Positions 1 to 12,605 of a DNA stretch of 64,000 nucleotides are shown in pieces. Position 1 is the first letter of the stretch, and every line of letters starts with the position of its first letter. This DNA comes from Paraspadella gotoi (lineage: Eukaryota; Animalia; Chaetognatha), in assembly GCA_051294375.1 (NCBI GenBank), contig CM119271.1, positions 10,729,376 through 10,793,375 of the forward strand. Direction: 5' to 3'. Position numbers and translations under genes: made by a program. A model generated the notes under the pieces. It saw only the letters and a program-made list of their open reading frames with translations. It was not told the origin of the DNA and searched no databases.

Positions 1-102
1 TTTCCCTTTGCTCCGCATTTCACTTTCTTTCCTCCTCATTTCCTTTCCCCTCTTCTCTCCCTTCATTTTCCCCTATTCCCCCACCCCCGCCAAAAAAAAA
101 AG

Positions 103-1592
103 ATTTTCCTCGACGGATCCCCCGCCTACAACCTGGCCTGCGACGTCCGCGCCAACCCTCTCCCTCCAACGGAGTCGGTCAAGTGGCGCGTGCTCGGCGT
201 CGGGCTGGATCACCCCTTCCCCGGCCAAATCACCCACAAGAGAGACTTTAGGATGAAGGCCGTCGTCGACGTTAAGCCTTTGATGCAGAGCCTCTTCAGG
301 ACCTCGCAATCTTTCAGCCTCACCGTCAACAGCTCCTTGAGAATATCTACGCAAAAGGCGAGTACAAAGAGTCGAGATGTTTCGATGATTGTGACTGTGA
401 GTGTGATCGGTGATTTAGTGAAACCTGTTTCATACGTTGGCAATAGGGCTTGTATGCCTAGCTTCGTTAGCCCTTTCGCCATCAATGAAACGGGTCCTGG
501 CCACGCTCTGATGGATAGCGGATAGCCTTCCGAAGGGTAGTTACCGGGTTGGGATTGAACGCCAGCTGGCTTCACTCAATGAGCCTCAGTCACAACAGAA
601 GGAACGATGTCTTTAGGCGGAATGAACCTGATGAATGGGCAATGCCCCAGTTGCCCACTATACAGTGACTGAGTGACTTAAAAATTTCTTTCTCTCACGT
701 ATTCAACCAGACGATCGAAGCGCGAGTGAAGAAAAGCGTGGGCGTGGTGTGCAGCAGCCGGAAGCGAATCACCACGCCCCTTACCTATTTGGTGATGTGC
801 GTCGTCAACGCGGGAACGCGACTCACCCGGAATCACGTCAGGTGGAAATACGAAGGTGAGGTCTATTGGATTTTATTGACTTAGTAGTTATGTTTCATAT
901 CTAATACATTTACGCATATATTTTTGTATTTCAGATCGTAGCGACATTCCCGACTCGAAGGTGGAGTATTACTCGTCTCCGCCCGCGTCTGGTGCCATTT
1001 TAAACGTGAGCGAAGCGGAGGGGAGCGTCTTCTTCATCCTCATGGGGGTCGGCCCGCTTCGAGATCTTCGACAGGTTGGTCCAGTTTTTTCGTAGTAACT
1101 TATGATCTTGCATATTTTAGAATTCCACGAATAATTTGATACTGGTATAATATGCAATTGTAATAACGACGAGTTCCTTTACTTTTATTTCGGTCATATT
1201 TTGTCGATCCCAAGAAGGTTTTAAAATAAATGATAATAACGATTCGAAAGTTTTAAAGAAACTCCAATCCTCCCAACCCCTTGCCCCCCCCTCCCCCCCC
1301 CCCAACAATCCCGCCCCAGGAGTTCAAGATCGAAGTCCCTGCAGTCCGCGACGGACTCTTCTCCTCTTGGGCGAGCCTCGCCGCGGAGACGGTCTACTTC
1401 GTGGCGACGAACGCGTGGGTGCTCGCCATCGTGGGCGGCGCCGTCGCCTTCGTCCTTCTCGTCTGTTGCTTCTGCGCTTCGCTCTTCCACGCGGGACTCT
1501 TGGAGCCGAAACCGGAGGACGACGACGAGGAGGACGAAGTCCGGGTCGACGTCGATCAAGTCGATAGCAAGTTTTATTATTACGAAGCTTAG
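103..1592 (+). CDS. 3' part of a spliced gene for an Ig-like-domain single-pass membrane protein (5' end lies outside the window)
   Basis: Exons at ~103-396 (YNLACDVRANPLPPTESVKW, an Ig C..W pattern), ~711-856 (LVMCVVNAG..VRWKY), ~935-1074 and ~1320-1592, with AG/GT junctions. The last exon encodes a TM helix (WVLAIVGGAVAFVLLVCCFCA) and an acidic tail ending FYYYEA*. Confidence 0.65.
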
Positions 1593-4121
1593 AGGAGAGA
1601 GGGGGGGGACATTTTTTTTTCTTATTTTCTCTTTGTGTGTGTGTGGAGTGGGGAGAGGGGGGGTAGGTGTTGGGGGAGGGGAGGTTGGGAAGGTTGGGAA
1701 CTCTCGCGCGTGGGGGTTCCTGTTGAGGCAAGGGGCGACGAGGAGTTTGGGGTAAGGGAATTCTGAAGACGGGGTTGTTTTTGTAATTGAACGAGACGAA
1801 GCGATTTGCGAATCGGGATCGATGTCCAAGTTTGGCAATTTTTTTGGAACCATTTTTAAAATGTTACATTATATGAAAAGTCTGCAAAAATAAGCCTTGC
1901 TCCTTTCCAAAACGAATAGCGTTGCTGTTTCGATATGAAAAGGCTTCGATCCTGATTCCCATTTTTTTTGTTATTAGGTAAAGCCCACATCCTTATACTG
2001 CCATTTTGAAACGATTACGAAGTCAACTGCCGGTGATAATTAGGGGAGGAAAGTGGTTAAGCCAATTCATTTGAATGGATATTCCAGATGCGATTGAGTT
2101 GGCAACGATGGCCGACTTTTGGTCGGCCCAACGTGCCACAAAGAAAATAACATTTCATTGCAGACTAATGGAAGTGATTCAGTTTTTTCAATTTTCGCAA
2201 TAAATACTTAGTCCAAAGGCCTTACGTGCTGATTGATTGAGCCAAGTGTTTTCACGCCTTTTGTGGTGAACATCGTTGAATTAGCAGCAAACCACTTGTT
2301 TCACAGGCCGCTTTAAGAGATGCGGCCTCTTTTTTTTTTTTGTAAATCATCCTTTATTATTAAAAGATCTTCGTTCGAACCCGTCGGCCTCACGAATATT
2401 CCAAACCAACCTCGCCCCATACATTAGAAGAACAATAGTTTTTTTTTTTCCATTTCCAGATTTACTTTTACGTAGGTTCATTGTGGGGGATTATTGGTTT
2501 TATTATAATTTTGGTTTTGTTTCGCCCTTAAATTATTATTTATTTCCGCATGGTTTTTACATCCACATCAAACTTTACAGGATTCCCCTTTTTGCTAGTC
2601 AACAATTTTAACATGATCTCATTATTGTTTAGTACATGTCTTGACATTTCATCTCGCACTATTTTAAAACCGTTCTAGTACTCATTCGCATATTTGCTAA
2701 GCTGGAAGACATCTGTTTGTAGGGTATTTATTCTCCTTCTCTAGGTCCTTGTTTGTATGTTTTATGTCATTATGACAATCTTGTGTAAAACGAAAAAAAT
2801 TATTTACCAGTGAAGAAATAATATTACTTTTGGTATTAAAAACGCCGTTCTAAACATTATTATTTTTGAAATACATTTGCTTTTTTTGTGATTGAACAAA
2901 TTATCCGGAGAGATTTTCTATTGTTGATCATTTTTATAAGAAAGATGCGATTTATATTTATTATAAATGATGTTCCAATTTTGTATATTAGTGATCTGAA
3001 GTACCCCGATTTCGAAAGCTCTTGATTAAAATACTATTTACTATAATGATTATTAGATATCAACAGATCTGATTTGTTTCTAAAGATTTTTTTATCTTTC
3101 TAGCATTACAGTAGATACTTTTTTTTATTAATGTGTCTATTATTTTGGATTTTCGCAGAAATATAGTCAAAAATAAATTCTTTGGCGTACTTGAAAACGG
3201 GGTATCTCAACATTTTATTTATTTGGGTTCATTTAATTTTAGTTTCGTTTATTTATATTTGTTTTGCATGTAACGCAAATGTTTCACCTTTGTTACAACT
3301 TTTGGCATATTCCAGCTTTATGTAAAACTGTTGTTCAAATTTCGTGTTTTTGTGATATAGTTTGAAATTATACTCAATTGCTGTATTTCTCTGCTCCTGC
3401 TTCGTGAAAGTTTACAATAAAATTTTAGATTTATCACAGATTACGACGAAATTAATTTTAGTGAGGACGATTAACCATTGGCTTGGGGCCGAGTTTTTTA
3501 TATTTTTTATTTTTAATTAAACAGTATTAGTATTAAAATAATTCCAAAATTTAAAGTAAAGGTTAGTTTTAGTAAGCCTTAATTCGTATATAACTCTAAA
3601 CCTTTGACCCTATGCTTGAATTTCTGATTTCACTTCTTATAAATTTCTTGATTTACAATTTACAGTTTTTTACCTAGCTGCTAGTTATTTTAAAAATTCT
3701 TTACAAGCATTTTCCCATCTATTTTTAAAAATTAAATAACATATAATTCGGTAGTTTCTGTACCGATCAATTTCGAACCAATCAACCGGGCATTATCTCA
3801 AAATAAATTTATGATAATATTTCCCGAACTTAAATACATTCGAGTTTTTAGATAAGCGGAAAAAAATTCCAATCTCAAATATTATTTTTCGTTATGAATT
3901 TTTCATCCATTCAATTGCCGAACAATCATTCATTGAACCCGGATTATTAACAATCATCATTCTTTTCGCATTTTGTCGCGTTTATGGCATCCATTTCACT
4001 GAGCTTCCCATCATCTCTCATTTTCATGCAACCAACAAATGAATTTAAGTAGATATATATTCACACCAGTCGAAGCTTCCATTTTGGGTGGAAAATATTC
4101 CATGTGCGTCAATCTCATCTA

Positions 4122-4873
4122 CAGAAGGCTTCATATTATAAAATGTGGTACCCCTTTTTTGTGACCAGAATCTGTTCCCACCAAACTACACGATCGAATT
4201 TAATGAAATTTTACATTTCTAACAGAGGGATATCTCTGTTGTAATGATGGTTACCCTGATTACACATGACACATTACATATATATGGAACTATCGAGGCG
4301 AATTTTGATATTCAACCCCTGACAAGAGATACAGAGCCCTGGGGGCCAAAAAATGCTAAAATTTTTTTTCCATTTTTAAAATTTTTTTAGTAGCATCAGG
4401 TACATTGTCGTTTTAAACATAAGAAAAAAACATTTTAGAACTAAAATTGATAAAATTGCAATAATTAAGCATGGTTGAAGATGCATGGTTCATCGTTTTA
4501 CTTCCAATTTTCCCAAATTATTCCAAATGTGACTAACTGCTGATGTTCATGAAGCTAAAAATTAAGGTAAATGAATATTTTTGAGGTAATAAATACTTTT
4601 TTGTGGAAGAGTAAACGTCTGTGCAACTGTTCAAAACAAAAATAATAAAAAAAATATGGAAAAAATTTTTGACCATTTTTGGCCCCCATGGGTGACCCCC
4701 CGGGGGGGGCCCATATCTCGGCTCAGCGGTCAAATATTGAAATTCGCCTCGATATTTGTATTCACATAGGGATCGTTCATTCCAAATTTCAATAAATTTG
4801 GTCCAGTCGTATTCTCGGAACGAGTTCTGGTCACAAAAAAGGGGTTCCTCATTTTATAATATGAAGCCTTCTG
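4122..4873. mobile_element. Tc1/mariner-type MITE (non-autonomous, long inverted ends)
   Basis: Ends CAGAAGGCTTCATATTATAAAATG ... CATTTTATAATATGAAGCCTTCTG, flanked by TA on both sides. Imperfect inverted similarity continues ~250 bp inward. No transposase ORF. Confidence 0.85.
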
Positions 4874-5395
4874 TATAGAGTATAGCCCATCGAAAAAAAA
4901 TGATCTAAAATTGTCTTTATTTGATCTCAACTCGGCAACCGAGCTGGCTGGAGCAGCGAAAATCATCCAAACCCGATAGCTGATTGTAGTTTTTTAAAAA
5001 AAAATGTTATTTAGTCTATTTTGTAAAAATTCAATTTGCTGAATTTAAAATAAACAAAAAAAAAACTGTTTTACCGATTTTTATTATATCAATGCGTTTT
5101 TTCCCCCACCGATTAATTTTTTTTTTTTTAATTTTTCAACTCTCCATAGTGAACGAGAAAAACTCGCGGAGGAATATAAACTTTCTTTGTTCGTTCGATA
5201 TTTTGGTCTCAGCGATGTGATGATTCGACCGAGTGCCATCTCGGCACCGTCACGACACTTCCCTCACAGTTGGAGGTGGCAAGTCAACCTAGGATACCAA
5301 AGAATCTCGACATAACTTTCACACGACCATGAGCCTTCGTGGAATCGGCGTCCTCGCTTGAACTTCTGACAACTACGGCCGACAATCGAATCGTA

Positions 5396-8300
5396 ATGAC
5401 GCCGTCTGTGGGCGCGCAGTGGCGCCGGACGCCGATGTCAGCCGGCGTCGCGTGGACATTCGTTCTCCGTCTCTTCGTCTTCGTCGCGGCACAAGAAGAG
5501 TTCGATCCGATTCCATCCACTTTCTCTTCGCCACCCCAAGTCGCTCAGGTTCGATCCCGCGCTTCAAAAATTGTGACCGTATGGCAACAGCTGGGTTGCC
5601 TGTGAAGCCCATTGGGATGGGGCATCTCACTGTTGGGTTTTGGGGGCTTCCGACCCTTAGTTACGCCTCCTGTCACTGGCGCGGTTACCCTAGGACGGCC
5701 TCTCTTTGCCAACGCAGAGGGAAGTTTTTACTTTAGGGCTGTGGATGGATCGTAACGCTTGGGATGGTGCGTTCCCCCTCTGAGCCAATAGGATTGGCTG
5801 AACGATGGTAGATGTGAGGCGGTGTGAATATACCGCCTCAACCGGATCTTTTCTTTAAAATCTGGAACGATCAAGTTTTCGAAATATTATTCTGTTATCC
5901 TCTAATCCTTATTACTTACAACCAACCTTACTCCTTTATTTTTTGCCTTCAACGCTATTAAATTCCTCTTTTCTCTGGGACTTGGGATTATGGGGAAAAG
6001 GGGAAAAAATCGGGAAATATCGTTTAAAGAAATCACCAAGCAGAGTTTATTCAAATGATTTCAAACGTCGGTTGTTAAAAGTAGCTTTTGTTTAACCGCT
6101 AACGTCCTCAATTTTCTTCAGGATTTCGTCGGTAGAAATTACTTGAGTCCCAATCGCGGATCCGAGGCCGAAGAAAAACTCTTGCGCGACAAGTTGACTT
6201 TTTACAACAAACTCATTCGTCCCGTGAATAATCTGACTCATCCCGTGCATGTACAGTTTGGCATGTCCATGGTACAACTGATTAGGTGAGGGTTTCATTC
6301 ACGGATGTTGTTTTGATTTTTTTTAGGGCGACGCCAATCTGATTTTCATAGTGTAGTATTTGACATAAACATCTCGCTCAATCTGTCTTCACCTTAACCT
6401 GTCCTCACATCTGACCGCTGTTCTTTTCTAAACTCTGTGTTGGAAACTACCCTCTCTCTATTTCTCTCTCTCTCTCCGAAAATTCTGTTATTTTAGTCAT
6501 ATCTATTAATTTACTGGAAACGTTTTTCAACCGTTAACGATAAATTAATATTCAAATCAGCGTGAACGAAAAGGACCAAATCATGAAGTCGAACGTTTGG
6601 CTCCGCATGATGTGGTCGGACCCCCAACTGGCCTGGGACAAGGGCGACTACGGCGGCATCGAATCCATCCGACTCCCGCCCGACTTCGTCTGGGTGCCCG
6701 ATATCGTTCTCTACAACAACGCCGACGGGAAATACGAGGTTAGTTAATCCATAAACTTTCTTCAGGTAAGTCTGAGGAACAGTTTTCCAATTTTGTTCAT
6801 TTTAGTGCACCTCCAAAACCCCCCTGTATCGTTTCAGGTGAGCTTCAAATGCAACGTGGTCATCGAATACACCGGCCACGTCCTCTGGATCCCGCCCGCT
6901 CTCTACAAAAGCTCCTGCACGATCGACGTCGAGTATTTTCCCTTCGACGAGCAAATTTGCCTCATGAAATTCGGGTCTTGGACCTTTAACGGGGACCAGG
7001 TCGAGCTGGGATGGTAAGCTTATGGAATTGTGGTGAAATAACTCGAGATTATTCCAATTAATTATTTTTTTTTCCCCGGCCCATTTCTCCCTCTCTCGTC
7101 AGGTACATGAACAAGCCGTACATAGATTTGTCAGATTACGTCTACAGCGGAACGTGGGACATCATCAAAGGCCCTGGGTCTTTAAACGTCTACAACGCGA
7201 CGGAGACGAAACCCAAATTGACCGACATTACGTTTCACATCGTCATCAGGCGGAAAACCCTATTTTACACTGGTGAGTACCGAGTTGAAAATCGAACGTG
7301 AAGAAAATTGTCGAATTTTGATTTACGTGAAATGAGAATTGGCTTTTGACTAAAGCCGCTTCTTTTAACGTAAAAATTTCGGTCAACCAATTCATTCTCT
7401 TATTCTTCTTTTACATGAACCAATAGGTATACAATTTTCAAATTAATTCATAAATAAGCTAGTATCTTGTCCTGTAAGAGATGATTATTTAATATGATCT
7501 TAAATGAGATTGAATTTCTCAATCTCAATTTACATATTGCAGTATTACATCTAAATGTGTCCATTTTCATTTTGGATTTTAATATTACTTCTGTTTTGCG
7601 GTTTATACCCTCTTATAGTCCTTTGGACACGGGCTATGAGTTAGGTTAGTTAAGGCCTCCAATCCAGTCTCAAGATCGTAAGATGTCAAAACCCAATCAC
7701 TTGAGCTCGATTCACTTTTTCATCACCAGTGAACTTAATCATCCCCTGCGTCCTCATCTCCTTCCTGAGCGTCTTCGTCTTTTACTTACCTTCCGACGCC
7801 GGAGAAAAGATGACCCTTTGCATCTCGATCCTTCTCGGTCTCATGGTGTTCCTCTTGCTCGTCTCCAAGATTTTACCCGCCACTTCGGAGGTGAGTCGCG
7901 TAGCTGGGTTCATACAGTCGTCCTAATTTTTTTCGTCGTGGTTTAAAACGAGATTGCGGCCGAGTGTTAGCATACACTTTTATTTCAATTCGATGAGAAA
8001 AAAAGAGTAACCAGTGTCGAAACGTTTAAATCCAATTTCCATTCTTCTTTTCCTCAGGTCATTCCCCTCATCGCCAAGTATCTTCTGTTCACGTTCATCA
8101 TGAACATTCTCACGATTTTGGTGACGGTGATCATCATCAACTGGAGTTTCCGAACTCCCGCCACACACAAGATGCCCTCATGGGTCCGATTCCTCTTTCT
8201 CAATTTCCTACCGAGAATTCTGCTCATGAAGCGTCCCGAACAGAAGCCGCCCATCGGTGAGATTCGCCCTTCTGGATCAATCAATCGCTCAAAAAAAAAA

Positions 8301-9231
8301 ATTAGCAATAAATTCGTTCTCCAAATCCGCTCCCCCCCCCTCCTTTCAGCCACGATCATCGGCAACGGGATCATTCCCAATTTGATGGGAAACCAAAACA
8401 ACGAATATTCCACTGCCAGTTCCTCCTTCATCAATCGGAGGGCTCAAGGTCATCGGTCGCAAATATAATTCCCAATATTTTGATTATCGATTATTGGCCG
8501 TTGTAATTTTGTTTATTTTTCCTTGGCAACAGCAGCCGCGAAAAGCCGCAGCGGCGAATCGACGACGCGGAATCGTCACTTCGGCGTCGCCTTCGGAGTC
8601 TCACCCTCCACCTCCGCCAACAACCTCTCGCCAACAGTCAGTCCCTTTTTAATTTAAAATAGTTGAAACAAACAAACTATCAGACTCCAACTCCCCCCTT
8701 CCCCCCACGCGCCACTCTTCCCCCAGATGCGTTGGAGTCAAGAGGAGCCAGAGGAGGACGGCCCGACTACATTCGCCCCCGAGATCCACCGCGCCGCCGA
8801 GTCCGTGCGCTTCGTCGCCCAGCGCATCGTCAGCAAGGACTCTTACAACCAGGTAGGTCGGGGTAGTCGAGTCGCTAAGTCGCGGTCGTTAAAAATGAGT
8901 TTTTAACTTGTTCTTCTGTTGCATATAATTCAGATTAGTTATTAATATCCGCATGGGAAGCATGAATCCTACTTTTTCATAAGTGACCTCTGACGAGTGA
9001 GCCCAGGTATCTGTCTGGTTTTCAAATACAGTTTGTACAAATCCTTATTCCGTCATCGCCCAGGTGAAGGAAGACTGGAAGTACGTGGCTCTAGTCATCG
9101 ACAGACTTCAACTCTACATTTTCTTCGCGGTGACGGCCGGCGGAACCATCGGCCTTCTCATCGACGCGCCCCACATCTTCGAATACGTCAATCAACAGCA
9201 GATCATCGACCAACTGAGCAATCCCAAGTGA
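5396..9231 (+). CDS. Nicotinic acetylcholine receptor non-alpha subunit (similar to protostome beta1/UNC-29 type), ~11 exons
   Basis: Exons encode [21 protein letters not shown], the Cys-loop [24 protein letters not shown]1-M3 with [12 protein letters not shown], and [16 protein letters not shown]4. Loop C ([20 protein letters not shown]) lacks the vicinal CC, so it is non-alpha. Stop at 9229-9231. Confidence 0.95.
5583..5852 (+). other. GC-rich, hairpin-rich ~270-nt repeat or candidate ncRNA in nAChR intron 1
   Basis: Highly similar to the reverse complement of 30552-30798. Contains several self-complementary stems. Confidence 0.6.
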
Positions 9232-9679
9232 CGTTTCTACAATTTAACGCTGACCTTTGAGCAACGAAGCGTTTAAGCAACCATGATCTGCGATTAGATA
9301 TCATTCCTGATAGACCCGATTTGAAAATTGGGGCGGGTTTCAATCTGCCAGAGGTGGTTCTTTTAAAAATTTGGAATTCTCAAAATATTTTGATCTCATT
9401 TAAAAAAAAAAAAAAACAATTCTCACTTTAAACTTCCCGAGAATATTTTTCTCGATAACAGCATACGACAGATATTATTCGTAGAACTTTCTTAGAAATA
9501 TTTGATATTTATTATTATTTTGTTGACGCGATTTTTTTTTCCAATGGCTCTTCGATAGATAGGATTTTTTTGTTTTTGCATGAAAAAAAAATATGCTCGA
9601 GATTTAAAAACGGTCTGGTATTTTGACCATTTTTTAACTTAAAATGAGCATTACTGGCATTTTTAGTCGGACTCTCTAA

Positions 9680-9790
9680 TTCACTTTGTCGGTCCGTCGG
9701 TCCCACCACAAAAGCTTTTCGGTAAATCATTTTTATCATATCAGAACATCAAATTATAAAAAAAAAATGTCCGTCCGTCATAAGAGCAAT
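9680..9790. repeat. Fragment of a dispersed repeat related to the 58.1-58.4 kb / 59.4-59.8 kb element
   Basis: TTTGTCGGTCCGTC...TATCAT.TCAGAACATC.AATTAT is shared with 59461-59540. Confidence 0.4.
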
Positions 9791-10289
9791 AAGGGCAAAA
9801 AAAATTGTCTTCGTTTAACAGATAAAAACTGGAATGCGACTTGATTAAAAATACGGAACCGAATATTAAATAAAGATACTACTGTCGACAAACAAATTTG
9901 CATTTAGCATCTAGTACATTTTTTTGGATCACCTGAGATTACGAAGGTTTATTCTCATAAAAACTTCATTAATTTCAGATTTACGAGTTTATTTATATTT
10001 ATTATTATTTCAAGATTACTCGTTTTACCAAATTGGACTAAAAAATTATATTAAAATTTTAAATTTATATTATATATTATCTTTTATACTACGATGATCG
10101 AAAATGCTACATCACAACTTGACATTCATAGCAAAAGTTTTATTTACAAATGTGGGGAATTCCACTACTCACTATTTGTAAGGGATATAATTTGACTGTT
10201 CTTAGGGGCTATTTTAACTTTGTGAGACTGTTTCTTCGTGTATGAATGTAGTGTTGCTGTGATGGGTTGATGAGAAGATGATTGTTGTG

Positions 10290-12605
10290 GGATATAAATC
10301 CTTGTGGGATTTTAAATGCATTTAGCATAAAATATCCGAGGTTGTTGGAGTTATGTGCACATGGTCGATAAAATGATAATTTGTGGGCGAAATCTCTGAC
10401 CGGCGCCTGGTCCGTACCCAGTTCTTTCTGCATCGGAGGGACTCCGTGACAACAAACCAAGAAATTTCGGCTTGGTTGCGCGATAACCAGCTGGAAATCG
10501 AAGCCATCAGCGCCGCGGGTTGAGGCAGCAGGTTCGGCGTCTCCTCTGGCTGTAATGGGATGTTGGTGGCGATGGCCGCCATTTGGATAATGTCGTAGTC
10601 GCCCGATGAAGTTTGTTAGCGGAAGCGACGCGCGATGGGCGCCACCAGGGCCTCGGACGCCTGTGTTTGCGTCACTCGGAACAACGTTCTCCTCAGCGAA
10701 GAACCGGTCAAGTACAGTCAAGATCATTTAAGGAGCGGCGTTGGCGATAGAAGTGACTTTCATAGGCGGCATGGAGATGGCAATTGACGCCGCCAGGGTG
10801 ACTGGCTGGTCTTTGCTGCTCGTAATCTCTGAAGAAAATGTCGAGTTCAAGTTTGTTGCAAGCGGGAGTGGTGACGGGCGAAGAAACTTTGGCGACTCTA
10901 AGCTTCTTCTGAGCAGGAGATAAGTCTGATTCCAGAGTTGAATCAAGACGTCGTTTGTTGCAGCTCTTCTGTGTGTGTGAACTTGCGGTGGATGTGGGGG
11001 AGATGGATGCTGGTTGGTGCCCAAACCAAGAGGGCACCTCGTGGGGGGTACTGGATCCAGGTGAGGGGAACTGAAGTTGTGCTTTCCATTATAAAGATTT
11101 ATTATTTAAAATACCGAATTGAGAAAATAAAAAATTGGGCTATCTTTTACTTTCGCCAACCGGGATTTTGCGGTCGGTGATTTGTTTTTTGCTTTTTATG
11201 AGCAATGTATAAAAATCTCTTTGTGTAAATATAAAAAAAAACACTGGTAAGGGTAGAAAAACTTTTTTATTATAAATTTCTTTAAACCTCCTTAAATTTT
11301 ATTTCAAAAACTATATTGGATAAAAAGTATATATAGAGGCAAAATCTCCGACCGGCGCCACTCGCATCTTGATGACGCGAATACTTTACCTTTTAATTCC
11401 TCGATTCTCATCGTCAGAACACGCACAAATCTTTTTGGGATTTTAAATGCATTTAGCATAAAATATCCAAGGTTGTTGGAGTTTATGTACACATGGTTGA
11501 CAGAATGATAGTTTGTGGGTGAAATCTCCGACCAGTGCCTGGACCGCACCCAGTTCTTTCTGCATTGGAGGGACTTCGCAGCGACAAACGAAGAAATTTA
11601 GGCTTGGTTGCGCAATAACCAGCTGGGAATCGAATCGACGAAGCCATCAGCGCCGCGAGTTGAGGCAGCAGGTTCTGTGTCACCTCCGGCTGTGGTGAGA
11701 TGTTGGCGGCAACGGCTGCCATTTAGATGTCGTAGTTAGCTGACAAAGTTCGTTAGCGGAGGCGACGCGGTGATGGACACCACGGGCCTCGGACGCCGGT
11801 CTGTTTGCGTCACTCGGAACAACATTCTCCTCAGCGAAGAACCGGTCGAGTACAATCATTGAGGAGAGGCGTTGGCGATGGAAGCGGCTTTCACAAGCGG
11901 CGCGGAGACGGCGATTGGCGCTGCCAGGGTGACTGGCTGGTCTTCGCCATTTTGAAGGCCATCATAATCCCTGAGGAAAATGTTGTTCTTCAAGTTGGTT
12001 ACGAGCGGGAGTGGCGACGGCAAAGAAATTTGGCGACTCGAAGCTTCTTCTGAGCGGGAGAGAAGTCTTATTCCGGAGATGAATCAAGATGTCGTTTGTT
12101 GCAGCTCTTCTGTGTGTGAACTTGCGGTGGATGTGGGGAAGATGGATGCTGGTTGGTGCCCAAACCAAGAGGGCACCTTGTGGGGGTACTGGATCCAGGT
12201 GAGGGGAACTGAAGTTGTGCTCTCCATTATAAAGATTTATTATTTAAAATGCCAAATTGAGAAAATAAAAAATTGGGCTATTGGTGATTTGTTTTTTTCC
12301 TTTTTATGAGCAATGTATAAAATCTCCTTAAATTTTATTTTGAAAACTATATTGGATAGAAAGTATACGAACGGGCGAAATCTCCGACCGGCGCCACTCG
12401 CATCTTGACGCGAATCCTTCAACTTTTAACTCCTCGATTCTCGTCGGAACACTCACAAATCCTTTTGGGATTTTAAATGCATTTAGCATAAAATATCCGA
12501 GGTTGTTGGAGTTTATGTGCACATGGTTGACAGAATGATAAAGTTTGTGGGCGAAATCTCCGACCCAGTTCTTTCTGCATCGGAGGGACTCCGCGGCAAC
12601 AAACC
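10290..12605 (-). repeat. About 2.2 tandem, diverged copies of a ~1.1-kb unit carrying a frameshifted ORF of unknown function
   Basis: The block GGGATTTTAAATGCATTTAGCATAAAATATCC recurs at ~10306, ~11437 and ~12467. ATG-initiated MESTTSVPLTWIQYP occurs at ~11088 and ~12227. The copies carry different frameshifts. Confidence 0.8.

Noticed and set aside
625-675. Hammerhead ribozyme at CTGATGA
   Set aside because: The following stem is not followed by GAAA.
5583-5852. RNase P/MRP RNA (GAGGGAAG-like motif)
   Set aside because: No matching CR-V/P4 partner sequence was seen.
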